Source: Octopus bimaculoides (taxonomy: Eukaryota). From it: 64,000 bases of DNA. The notes under the pieces were generated by a model that was not told where the DNA came from, made no database searches, and saw only the letters and a list, made by a program, of their open reading frames with translations. Positions 1 to 11,117 of the stretch are shown in pieces. The stretch is from the NCBI RefSeq assembly GCF_001194135.2, contig NC_068983.1, positions 81,552,122 through 81,616,121 on the forward strand, read 5' to 3'. The position numbers and the translations under genes were made by a program. Positions within the stretch are counted from its first letter, which is position 1, and each line of letters opens with the position of its first letter.

Positions 1-94
1 AAACGCTTTGCACATATTCAAGGAAAGTCTCATTGCCAAAACAATCGCGCGAAGAAAATATTTTGGAAAAATTTGAAGCACTTTTATATATGTA

Positions 95-1321
95 CGAGAG
101 TAGGCTGAAAAGTTCACAGGCTTACAATGAAGGAGAGATATGAAAGCTGTGGAATCTTGCTTGCAGTAATTTCAAGATTTCTTATTAATAACTGCATTAT
201 TTCTTTCCGGGTAAACTGACATCTGATTATTCAGAGAAACTTTAAATGCTAGCAACTTCTCTTGAAAATCAACTAAATTTGGCATCATGCCATAATGAAA
301 TACCCGTAGAAAAAGGGTTTAGCTCTCAAAGACATTCATGCTGACATGATCGATACATTAGGGGATGATACTCCAGCTTTGCCAACAGCGCAAAAGTAGC
401 AGCTGAATTTAGCAGAGGAAGAGAAAGTCTTGAGAAGATCCATGGTCTGGACGTCCTGCATCTGAAGATAACATTGATCGTGTTCACCACATGGTGATGG
501 ATGACAGGCGATTGACTATAAAGCAAATAGTCAATGTTATTAGCATATCCCGTGAGAGAATGGAAAATACTGTACACAATGAACTTAACATGACGAAGGT
601 TTCTGCTTGGTGGGTGCCACGTCTTCTGACACTTGATCAAACACGCGCCAGGCTGATCACATTACAGGAATATCAGGAATATCTGATATTGTTTGAGACA
701 GATCCAGCTTGTTTCTTTGAATGTTTCATAACCTAGAATGTGTGTTGGTTTCATCGTTTTGAACCAGAAACAAAGAGGCAATCCGTGCAGTGGAAACACT
801 CCACTTCACTTGCTCCAAAGAAGGCAAGGTCGTTTCATCCGCAGAGAAGTTGATGACCTCAATTTTTTGGAATGCAAAAGGCATTGTGTTTATTGACTAT
901 CTTCAAAATGATCACACCATCAATGTAGAGTTCTATGCCAACTTGCTAAGGCAGTTACAAAAGGCTATCAAAACCAAACTTCCAGAAAAACTGATAAAGG
1001 GGGTCTTGTTTCATTAGGATAATGCTTCAGCGCACAGGTCCTTGGTTTCAATGACTGCTTGCCTGATTGTCTTGATAACCTCCCATATTTTAGTGATTTG
1101 TTTCCATCTGACTATCGAACATGAAAAAACATGGGCACCTTATCTGATGCTGATGACTTTTTTGACCAGCAGGATGGCTTCTTCATCAATGTGATCCAAG
1201 CACTGCTACACTGATGGAAGTGCATGGACACTAAGAGGAAATATGTTTAAAAAATGAACTTCATTTGGCCACATTCCATGAAAGTGTCTTGCTCACCTAG
1301 GAACATTTCAACCGACCCTCA
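95..1321 (+). mobile_element. Near full-length decayed mariner (DD34D-type) transposon
   Basis: Imperfect TIRs (CGAGAGTAGGCTGAAAAGTTC at 95; right end reverse-complement TGAGGGTCGGTTGAAATGTTC) flanked by TA at 93-94 and 1322-1323. Length about 1.23 kb. Broken transposase with WVPRLLT, SIFWNAKGIVFIDYLQ...INVEFYANLLRQL, FH*DNASAH and a DLFPSDY-like motif. Confidence 0.92.
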
Positions 1322-2781
1322 TAATAATGAAAATTATTATTATACCTGCATTGGTATTAATATTAATATTGAAAAATCTTATTTTTTTTGTAAAAACATT
1401 TTGGACCCCGAGTTTGAACCCCCTAAGCAAATTTTGTTCGCGGGCCACTGAAGATGTAAATTCTTTCTTAAATGAAGCAATCCAAAAGATGCTGATGGGT
1501 AATTTCAGAGCTACCAATAAAATATATATTTAGTTGGATGTCCTGACTAGATCTAAAAAGTACGTCCTCGTCCATATGTGTGTGGATAACCCAAAACGTT
1601 TTGATGTAACTGTTACGATTATATCTTGTTTTAACTAGTGTGTTCAATAGATATGTAAGGTACGACCGTGCGAACTCATACAGGAGATATGGTGACGAAT
1701 GGAAAAACAGAGGACTCCTTTTATTTAAACGCGTCACACGGTCGAACACAAAATAATATATATCAATAANNNNNNNNNNGAACACAAAATAATATATATC
1801 AATAATGATATACATGATATGTTATACGACGATAACATAGATGACCAGTAATGAAAGACCACAACCGTAAAAGATGAACAACAGAAATATTTATTGCAGC
1901 GTTAAAGATGTATGTCTGTGTGAGAGTGTGAATGCGACATATAATAACATAATCAAAGACAGGCCGTCATACAAAGAAAAGTATGTATGTGAGTGATACA
2001 TGTGTGTGAGTTATTACAGCAGATGGAAAGAGAGTCAATAACACGTGNNNNNNNNNNNNNNNNNNNNNNNNNNNNNNNNNNNNNNNNNNNNNNNNNNNNN
2101 NNNNNNNNNNNNNNNNNNNNNNNNNNNNNNNNNNNNNNNNNNNNNNNNNNNNNNNNNNNNNNNNNNNNNNNNNNNNNNNNNNNNNNNNNNNNNNNNNNNN
2201 NNNNNNNNNNNNNNNNNNNNNNNNNNNNNNNNNNNNNNNNNNNNNNNNNNNNNNNNNNNNNNNNNNNNNNNNNNNNNNNNNNNNNNNNNNNNNNNNNNNN
2301 NNNNNNNNNNNNNNNNNNNNNNNNNNNNNNNNNNNNNNNNNNNNNNNNNNNNNNNNNNNNNNNNNNNNNNNNNNNNNNNNNNNNNNNNNNNNNNNNNNNN
2401 NNNNNNNNNNNNNNNNNNNNNNNNNNNNNNNNNNNNNNNNNNNNNNNNNNNNNNNNNNNNNNNNNNNNNNNNNNNNNNNNNNNNNNNNNNNNNNNNNNNN
2501 NNNNNNNNNNNNNNNNNNNNNNNNNNNNNNNNNNNNNNNNNNNNNNNNNNNNNNNNNNNNNNNNNNNNNNNNNNNNNNNNNNNNNNNNNNNNNNNNNNNN
2601 NNNNNNNNNNNNNNNNNNNNNNNNNNNNNNNNNNNNNNNNNNNNNNNNNNNNNNNNNNNNNNNNCTGGACGAAGCTGTTGAAGTGGTCGCTGGCTGATTG
2701 TTGCTGCTGCTGTCGTGTGGTACACGGAACAGTCTCTAAGAGAAACTGGACCGAGACAAATTTGGTGGGTATGAGTTGATC

Positions 2782-2925
2782 TATTTATAGCGTATTATCG
2801 GCTCACCAGACATCAGAAATATACTCTATCACGTGACCTTATTAAGGGCTGTGATTGGTCAGTTTGCGTTCTGGCGGGAACGGTTCGAAGAATTTGCCGC
2901 TTCAAATAATAATCAGTCACGTGAT
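2782..2925 (-). promoter_or_regulatory. Putative Pol II core/proximal promoter directing leftward transcription
   Basis: On the minus strand, 5' to 3': GTCACGTGAT-type E-box (2916-2925), TTCCCGCC E2F-like site (2873-2880), CCAATC (2853-2858), second E-box (2828-2837), TATAAATA (2782-2789). The region is CpG-containing and non-repetitive. Confidence 0.5.
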
Positions 2926-3232
2926 GACAAGGTTGATGTTTTCCGCTACGTCCGCGTTTGTTTATATTTAAATGAGAAGAATAGCGATAGTAGTTTTGTA
3001 TCTAATGGCGATAGGTAGTTTCACTACAGATATAATTCCGTATATTTTGCCTTTTACATCAGTAGTGTTTTAATTCCCATTTTCTTTTTGTATAACTTCA
3101 TCACCCTTACGTTTTTAAGTAACTCTATCCAGCTCCGTACGTACTGTAACCCCATATTATTCAACGTCATTGTATTTTCTTCGAGTTCCTATAGTGAATA
3201 AAAATAATGTTTATTATTATTGGATGGAGGAA

Positions 3233-3450
3233 GGCGGCAAGCTGAACGGATCGTTAGCCCGCCGGACAAAAGGCTTGACAGCATCTAGTTCGTCTTTATG
3301 TTCTGAGTTCTAATTTCGCTGAGGCAGACTTTGCCTTTCATCCTTCCGAGCTCGATGAAATAAAGTACCATTTGAGCAATGGGGTCAATGTAATCGCCTT
3401 ATTCCCTCTCCTAGAATTTCAAGTCTTGTGCCTTTAGTAGAAAGGATTAT
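3233..3450 (+). mobile_element. tRNA-derived SINE, family A ((ATT)n-tailed)
   Basis: AAGGCGGC..GAATCGTTAG head, GAGTTC(A)AATT B-box-like motif, GACTTTGCCTTTCATCC body and GTGCCTTTAGTAGAAAGGATTATT tail. Many similar copies occur in the window. Confidence 0.8.
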
Positions 3451-3759
3451 TTGGTGGAGGGGTTGAGTTAATAATTACAGTCGCTCCGTCCTCTTTCCTT
3501 CTATTTTACAATATATATGTGTGTGTGTGTGTGTGTGCGTAATCAATTAAGTAAACAAAAGATGGAATTAGTATAATTCTTTATTTTGTACTACTATCGT
3601 TACGATCCATCCTGCGTCCTACAAAATTTCGTCTTCTCTTATACAAATTTCATCTTCTGTTTACTTAATCCATTATTATCTCAACTGACACTGCGGAATT
3701 CCTGAAGTAAATCCAAAGGAAATATACCTCAACTGCAGATGGCACTAGGTAGCCCAAAC

Positions 3760-4216
3760 TGTGTCAGTGCTTTACTCAACACATCAACACACTAATTGAC
3801 GTATACTCATTAGTCCAAAATAACACACTGACGCGCGCGCGCGCATCTTATAACATAAATGGCAATTCCGTGAAGTTCTGTTTTCTGCTGCGAAAAACGG
3901 CGACCAAAACAATTGTCATGCTTCAAACATCTTACAAGGACGCTGCCATGAGCAAAACACAAGTTTATGAGTGGTTTACTCGCTTTAGGAATGATCATTT
4001 GTCGCTTGAAGACCAACCTCGTTCAGGACGACCACTGACCTCCTCGGATGAATGACAACATCATGAAAATTCACGAACTGATCTTGGAGAACCGTCACAT
4101 AGCAATTGACAAACTTGTTGATATGACTGGTGTGTCCTGGAGTTCCTGCCAACGAAGTTTCAGCGAGGAATTGCTAATGAAAAGAGCTGCAGCAAAATTT
4201 GTGCCTCGCTTGCTCA
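3760..4216 (+). mobile_element. Mariner transposase N-terminal fragment, truncated by a SINE
   Basis: KFCFLLRKTATKTIVMLQTSYKDAAMSKTQVYEWFTRF...EDQPRSGRP, then ...AAKFVPRLL. It stops where the family B SINE begins. Confidence 0.85.
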
Positions 4217-4690
4217 GTACTTATTCTATCGGTCTCTCTTGCCGAAGCGCTAAGTTACGGGGACGTAAACACACCAGCATCGGTTGTCAAGCGATGGTGT
4301 GTGTGTGTAGGGGGGGGGGAACAAGCACAAACACACAAATATACATACACATATACATATGCAACGGGCTTCTTTCAGTTTCTGTCTACCAAATCCACTC
4401 ACAAGGCTTTGGTCGGCCCGAGGTTAAAGTAGAAGACACTTGCCCAAAGTGCCACGCAGTGGGACTGAACCTTGAATCGTCTGGTTGGGAAGCAAGCTTC
4501 TTACAACACAGCCACGCCAGCGCCTATATATACATACATATATCAGACAGGCTTCTTTCAGTTTCCAACTTCACTCATAAGGCTTTGATTGGTCTGTAGC
4601 TAAAACAGAAAACACTTGCCCAAGATGAAACGCCGTAGGACTGAAGCCGGAAGCATGTCACTGAGAAACAAACTTCTTACCCACGCCTCT
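4217..4690 (-). mobile_element. Two tandem partial family B SINE copies (tRNA head, possibly Meta-domain type)
   Basis: Reverse complement matches the plus-strand copy at 32193-32585 (TTGGGCAAGTGTCTTCTAC...GCCTTGTGAGTGGATTTGGTAGAC.GAAACTGAAAGAAGCCCG). Confidence 0.8.
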
Positions 4691-4719
4691 GTGTGTGTGT
4701 GTGTGCGTGTGCGTGCGAG

Positions 4720-4760
<41 letters not shown>

Positions 4761-5617
4761 GTGTGTGTGTGTGTACCTTCATTGTTTGGATTTTTTTCCC
4801 ACATTTTTGACATATAATTGTATTATATTTATGGCGCATCAAACTACATCTTGCAACACATCAGTGCGTCACAACGAAACCATTGGTATAGCGTGTCAAA
4901 AAGGTAGGTCGCATATCTACGGACTGATCGCTGACTGCTATGGAATATTGTGTCAGTGATCAGTTCGTAGATAAGTGAAACAGTATAAAACTAAATGTAA
5001 CAGTATATGTGTGTTTTTAAATCACTTAATATGTCTCTTCAACGAACGTAATTGTTCCAGTTTTAACAGACGATCTTAGATCAATTCACTTGCCAAACAA
5101 ACATAAAGCGCACACACACAGACGTGTGTGTGTGTGTGTGTGTGTATGAATGTCTGCGTCTGTATATGTTTCTTTATGGTGACCTTATTCGTCATGCCAT
5201 CCCACTGAAATGGCGAAAGGAAAGAGCGAAATGGGCGAACAAAAATCAGTTGGAAGCGCATGATAAGTTTCAACCTATGCTTCGAACGATGCAGATCTGC
5301 AGCGGGATCCAATAGTTATCTAAGAGGTCACGGATGGAAAGTTAGAAATGCCTTTGACTACAAAAAAGCAGAAGACAGAAATCATCTGTGAAGATGGAGC
5401 TATCATTATATACGCAAATATGTATGAATGTATGTCTATATGTATGTATGTATGTTGTTCAATGCTCAAAATGCGGAGTAGATAGACAGCCGACAACTGA
5501 TGAAGGGTCTTTCCTTGTGTTACTTCTCCTGTTACCCATTTGTTTCACTCGTTCTTTGCGTATTGAACTCATTTGTTTTCGTATTTCATGTTGTTTACTA
5601 TTGGTGACAGCCTATAC

Positions 5618-5666
<49 letters not shown>

Positions 5667-6616
5667 NNNNNNNNNNNNNNNNNNNNNNNNNNNNNNNNNN
5701 NNNNNNNNNNNNNNNNNNNNNNNNNNNNNNNNNNNNNNNNNNNNNNNNNNNNNNNNNNNNNNNNNNNNNNNNNNNNNNNNNNNNNNNNNNNNNNNNNNNN
5801 NNNNNNNNNNNNNNNNNNNNNNNNNNNNNNNNNNNNNNNNNNNNNNNNNNNNNNNNNNNNNNNNNNNNNNNNNNNNNNNNNNNNNNNNNNNNNNNNNNNN
5901 NNNNNNNNNNNNNNNNNNNNNNNNNNNNNNNNNNNNNNNNNNNNNNNNNNNNNNNNNNNNNNNNNNNNNNNNNNNNNNNNNNNNNNNNNNNNNNNNNNNN
6001 NNNNNNNNNNNNNNNNNNNNNNNNNNNNNNNNNNNNNNNNNNNNNNNNNNNNNNNNNNNNNNNNNNNNNNNNNNNNNNNNNNNNNNNNNNNNNNNNNNNN
6101 NNNNNNNNNNNNNNNNNNNNNNNNNNNNNNNNNNNNNNNNNNNNNNNNNNNNNNNNNNNNNNNNNNNNNNNNNNNNNNNNNNNNNNNNNNNNNNNNNNNN
6201 NNNNNNNNNNNNNNNNNNNNNNNNNNNNNNNNNNNNNNNNNNNNNNNNNNNNNNNNNNNNNNNNNNNNNNNNNNNNNNNNNNNNNNNNNNNNNNNNNNNN
6301 NNNNNNNNNNNNNNNNNNNNNNNNNNNNNNNNNNNNNNNNNNNNNNNNNNNNNNNNNNNNNNNNNNNNNNNNNNNNNNNNNNNNNNNNNNNNNNNNNNNN
6401 NNNNNNNNNNNNNNNNNNNNNNNNNNNNNNNNNNNNNNNNNNNNNNNNNNNNNNNNNNNNNNNNNNNNNNNNNNNNNNNNNNNNNNNNNNNNNNACTTAC
6501 AAAAGACATAGACACATTGAAGGAGACGCATGCGTAGACACATACAATAGGAATACAAAATACAAAATGGCTGATAGTTAGCAAGGTGAAACACACATAA
6601 GAAAGAAGGAAACAAA

Positions 6617-6661
6617 GGACCACTGATGAGGTCACAGAAGTGTGACGAAAGAACTCTGGCC
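6617..6661 (+). ncRNA. Putative minimal type I hammerhead ribozyme
   Basis: GGACCA-CTGATGA-G-GTCACA gaag TGTGAC-GAAA-G aa C-TC|TGGCC. Complete catalytic core, 6-bp stem II, short stem III, NUH triplet CUC, and stem I with one bulge. Confidence 0.65.
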
Positions 6662-6888
6662 AAAATAAGATTAAGATTAATGTAATATAAAGCTGAAGCA
6701 AATTAACACCAAATATACAGTGCGTGTGTTTTTATTGGCTAAACTGGCAATATGACCATCCCCAAGTACAACAACATCTGTTTCAACACACGATTTCACA
6801 TCAAAAATCTTGCAAAACAAATATGTATATATATATATATATATATAAATATATATGTATGTATATGTGTATGTGTGTGTATGGATAC

Positions 6889-6952
<64 letters not shown>

Positions 6953-7475
6953 ATAGTATATATGTATGTATGTGTGTATGAATGCATGCATGTTCACTTT
7001 CTCTTTAATCTTAAAATAAATTTTGACCGGTCACCTACTTGCCAGCAAGGTTGTAAAAGAATGCATCATCTTTTAACAGTCATCTTTTAAATCTCAAGTA
7101 GGTCTTGCAGATATCATGATCATTTGTAGCATATAAATTAAGGATTTGCATTCTCTCCCCAAGATCCCAAGTTTGGCCATACTTTACTCCAGACATGTAA
7201 GTATGCATGTATGCAAGTACGTGTTTGTGCGCGCGCGCGCGTTTTGGCGGACACATCTTTTGTTAACATGTTTTGCTGCAACATGTTAACAAGCACATTT
7301 CGCCTTTTGTACTTAGTTTTAAGTGACTGGATTATGTTGCTATGTATTGGTAATCCCATGACTACCGACATATACATATATACATACATTCTGAAGTGTA
7401 TTTAAGAAAATGTACGTGTCTAAATAGCTCTCGAGAGCGGATTATTTACTCAGTTGGATCCAATTTAACTGCATA

Positions 7476-8663
7476 CGTGGTCTGATCAAAATCCAGACTG
7501 TTACTACAGTAATGAAGCTGAAGCACGGAGAATGAAGCCGCTTGGCACAGATTGACCTTCAACTTTGCTGTGAATACGCAGTAAGTTTGAACGTTCTAGC
7601 TCAGAGGTTTTCAAACTGTGGTCCGCGGACCACAGGGTGTCCGCAAGGACAAGACAGGGGGTCCGTAGACAGCAAATACTTTTTATGGGCAATTTGATTT
7701 TATATATGTCTTTTAATCGAAATCTTTTAATTGACAATAAACCTATTTGTTAAATACTGTTAAATAAATAAATGTAAAAATGTTATTTTAAGCAAATATT
7801 TATGTATAAATTTCATAAGCGTTTATAAGGGGGTCCCTAAGGTAAAGCCTGAAATATAAAGGGGTCCGCAAGTCAAAAAGTTTGAAAACCCCTGTTCTAG
7901 CTCACTCCTTTAGGAAATTTTAGTGGAATGTATCAACCTCAGTACTTTTTAAAGCCTGTTACTTGTTCTATCGGTCACTTTTGTCGAACCGCTGTTATGT
8001 GGACGTAAACACACCATGGAAAGTATGTAGCGTGTGATCATCACATTGACCTTGACAAAGAGAGTTGAGCAGAGAATCAATTTTTGTTAAAAGCTTGGCG
8101 ATACCTGCTCAGAGGCCTACGCAACGTTTTCAAGAAGTTTTCATCGTTCTCGACACAATCAAGGAAATCTTGTGCAACTGAGGCCCGAGTTTTTTGTGGG
8201 GTCAGCTAAAAGCAGTTTTGGCACAAACTTGGCAGACACGCATCTCATACCTAAATCTTCTGTGATAATGGATTGAACTGAACGGTAACTAATCTGCACA
8301 TCCTCGGACAACTCACGGATTGTGATTCGACGATTTCCCCTCACAGCTGCATGCACATCTGCGATGTTTTTCTCAGTTCTGCTGATTGCAGGTCATCCAG
8401 AACGTTCGTCAATATCGACATTTTTTCGGCCATCTTGGAAACATCTGAACCACTCGTACACTCCTCTCCATACACTTTCTGCAACTTTGCGCAGGCTTCT
8501 GAGCAGGTATCGCCATAACAACTTTCTCTGTAGAAGTGAGCTAGAACTCTCAAACTTAGTGCGCATGCTCAGTAGAGTTCAAAGTCAATATGTGCCAGGC
8601 GGTTTTGCTCTGCGTACTTTAGCTTCGTTACTGTAGCAACCGAAACTCATTGATCAGTCCTCG
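7476..8663. mobile_element. Fold-back mariner derivative (two inverted 5' ends), copy 1
   Basis: TA-flanked TIRs (CGTGGTCTGATCAA.. / ..TTGATCAGTCCTCG). The left arm reads into the transposase start (VEQRI..KLGDTCSEAYA). The right arm is the same 5' end on the minus strand, reading ..CVSAKFVPKLL..DCVENDENF. Confidence 0.8.
7602..7894. mobile_element. hAT (Charlie-like) MITE
   Basis: 16-bp TIR CAG(A/G)GGTTTTCAAACT with a perfect 8-bp TSD TTCTAGCT (7594-7601 and 7895-7902). Confidence 0.93.
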
Positions 8664-8899
8664 TACATTACCCGAATATCATTCAGCCAGTACTTCTGTA
8701 CCAAGGTTGGTATGCTTATTGATCCGAATACTTATTGATCAGTCCTCGTGCATTACCCGAATATAATTCTGCCAGTACTTCTGTACCAAAGTTGGTATTC
8801 ATCTATAATTGTGGTGAGTGTATTTTATTCTGACCTAACCAGGCGCCTCAGCTTTAAGCACCTTATTCAAGTGAATCATATATACATATATCATTCATT

Positions 8900-9054
8900 T
8901 TTTACTTGTTGCAGCCATGCTGGGACACCGCCTTTAGGAAATTTTAGTGGAATGTATCAACCCCAGTACTTATTTTTTAAAAGCCTGTTACTTGTTCTAT
9001 CGATCACTTTTGTCAAACCGCTGTTATGTGGACGTAAACACACCATCACCGGCA

Positions 9055-9113
<59 letters not shown>

Positions 9114-9345
9114 GTGTTTATATCTCTTTCTTGTCTTAGAAAGAGATATAGTTATTAGATTGCGGCTATGCTGGGGCACCACCTGGAAAAATTTTAGTCG
9201 AACGAATCGACTCCAGCATGTTTTTTAAAGCCTGATACTTATTTCTAATCGGTCTCTTTTGTCGAACCGCTAAGTTACAGGAACGTACACACACCAACAC
9301 CGGATGTCAAGCGGTGGTAGTGGGGCAAACACAAAGACAGACAAA
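8900..9345 (-). mobile_element. Two 3' fragments of family B SINE separated by (TATC)n
   Basis: GCAGCCATGCTGGG..CACC...TTCTATCGGTCTCTTTTGTCGAACCGCTAAGTTAC..GACGTAAACACACC motifs appear twice. Confidence 0.7.
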
Positions 9346-9397
9346 CACATATACACTTCTTACTACACAACCACGCCTGAGCGTATACATTAGTCTC

Positions 9398-9484
<87 letters not shown>

Positions 9485-9489
9485 TGGGA

Positions 9490-9650
9490 AGAATTCACAC
9501 ACACAAAAAAAAAACCAAAAGACGAAGACAGGTGGTGTAGAAAACAAACAGATGTATTAGTATAATACTCGGGAAGTGAAAAAGTCTTTAACGTCTCGAG
9601 CCTACGCTCTTCCACAGAAAGGAACACAGAAAGAAACAAGGAGAGAAATA
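9490..9650 (-). mobile_element. Short repeat with degenerate hammerhead-like motif (Penelope-like terminal repeat remnant?)
   Basis: Homologous to 35735-35870 (+). Contains CTTT-CTGTGGA-A-GAGC gtag GCTC-GAGA-CGT-T-AAAG on the minus strand. Confidence 0.5.
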
Positions 9651-9672
9651 AACGTATATATATATATATACA

Positions 9673-10569
9673 CACGAGATGATATCAAAAAGTTCCGGAC
9701 TAGTTCTGTAGCACACCAACCAATGACAGCACACGGTTGCGTGGGTAGTGAGAGTTAGCAGTGGCCTACATGAGGCAGCGTGCCGAGTGACATCGTTGTA
9801 TTTACTTCGCGAGTTGTGAAGTATGTGTTTTTGTGATCACATGTAAGCTGTAGTCTGTGATTTTGTCATGGACTGGAACAAAGAGCCAACGTGAAATTTT
9901 GCGTTAAACTTGGGAAGTCTGCTACAGAGACGTTGAACATGCTTCGGCAAGCTTATGGCGGTGAGGCAATGGGTTGTACGCAATGTTTCGAGTGACATGG
10001 GCGCTTCGAAAGTGGAAGAATATCCCTGGAAGATGATGAGCTGTCTGGAAGACCTGCCACAAGCATCACCTCCGGAAATGTGGTATTGTGCATTTAGAAT
10101 TAATCCCCCAAGGCGAGACCATCAATCGAGAGTTCTACTGTGTCGTTTTGAGGCGTTTAAGGGAGAACATTCGGCGGAAGCGACCGGATCTGTGGAGTCC
10201 GAAGAATTGGATTCTTCACCGAGCTCTTCTCACTCATGAGTTTCTCACCAAAAGCAACATGGTATCACTTCCGCACCCGCCCTGTTCGCCATATTTAGCG
10301 CCCGCAGACTTTCATCTCTTCCCAAAGATGAAAATGTAGCTCAAAGGTCGCTGTTTTAATACCCTTTTCGAGATCCAGAGCGAATCAGAGATGGGTCTCG
10401 ACTCGCTTACGGAAAACGACTTCCAGGCCGGATTCCATAAGTGGCAGGAATGCTGGGACCGGTGTATTGGTGCGCAAGGTGACTATTTCGAAGGAGATGA
10501 TGTTAGGACTTAAGTAAATAAGTTATTATTATTTTTTTTATTAAATATAATTAGTCCAGAAACCTCGTA
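9673..10569 (+). mobile_element. Internally deleted mariner element
   Basis: The N-terminal region (ANVKFCVKLGKSATETLNMLRQAYG..EDDELSGRP) is joined directly to the catalytic region (LELIPQGETINREFY..KRPDLW..LPHPPCSPYLAPADFHLFPKMK). Imperfect TIRs share TTC(C/T)GGACTA(G/A)TT. Confidence 0.92.
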
Positions 10570-10573
10570 TATA

Positions 10574-10787
10574 CGAGAGGGTGCTGAAAATTTGCTGGCT
10601 TCAAGGGTATCGCGAAAGGCCCGGTAGTGGCCCAAATTTCCGAATTCTTTTACGGGGATTAGAAAAGCTGAAGGGCCACTGCGATAAGTGTGAATCTTAG
10701 AGGGGAATATGTTAAATAAAATCACAATTAACTGATCCTCCTGTATTTTCTTTTATCCAAAGCCAGAAACTTTTCAGCGCCTACTCG
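10574..10787 (+). mobile_element. Mariner-derived MITE (about 214 bp)
   Basis: TIRs CGAGAGGGTGCTGAAAATTTGCTGGCTT and (reverse complement) CGAGTAGGCGCTGAAAAGTTTCTGGCTT, TA on both sides. The interior resembles a mariner C-terminus. Confidence 0.8.
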
Positions 10788-11117
10788 TATTTGTGTGTGT
10801 GTGTTCGTTTACTGGTTTCAGTCACTGAATGGAATCAGAGTGAATCAATAAACATTCAGCAACTGGAGATGGTGATTAAAGTTCAATTTCATAACTCAGC
10901 CATTTTTAAAATTAAATTGTAAATGCAGCAGAAGACGCATGTGTGATATGAGTGATAGTTTCACCACATCTCTTGTTCTATTATTTCCATTTTGATGTTT
11001 CTTCTTGATACTTGGTTATTATGCGTACAGAAAGAGACATCAAAATGGAAATCAGCAATTCAGAATCTAAACAACAGAATACGAGAAAAAACAAAAACAA
11101 AAACAACAGCAAAAATA

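Noticed and set aside
1744-1805. 26-bp direct repeat GAACACAAAATAATATATATCAATAA around a 10-N gap
   Set aside because: Typical unmerged contig overlap, so an assembly artefact.
1967-2779. Long ORFs of 234-252 aa, and similar ones at 5388-6701, 26378-27459, 36626-37609, 38131-38749, 48507-49111 and 62799-63414
   Set aside because: They are open only because they run through N-gaps and (TA)n.
5190-5390. Peptide GERKERNGRTKISWKRMI..DYKKAEDRNHL resembling an RTE C-terminus
   Set aside because: Too short and diverged to support by eye.
5470-5520. CTGATGA in ..GACAACTGATGAAGGG.., and the related CTGACGA at about 48376
   Set aside because: Two copies of one repeat family with a hammerhead-like first half, but no GAAA follows a stem II. 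Not callable as ribozymes.
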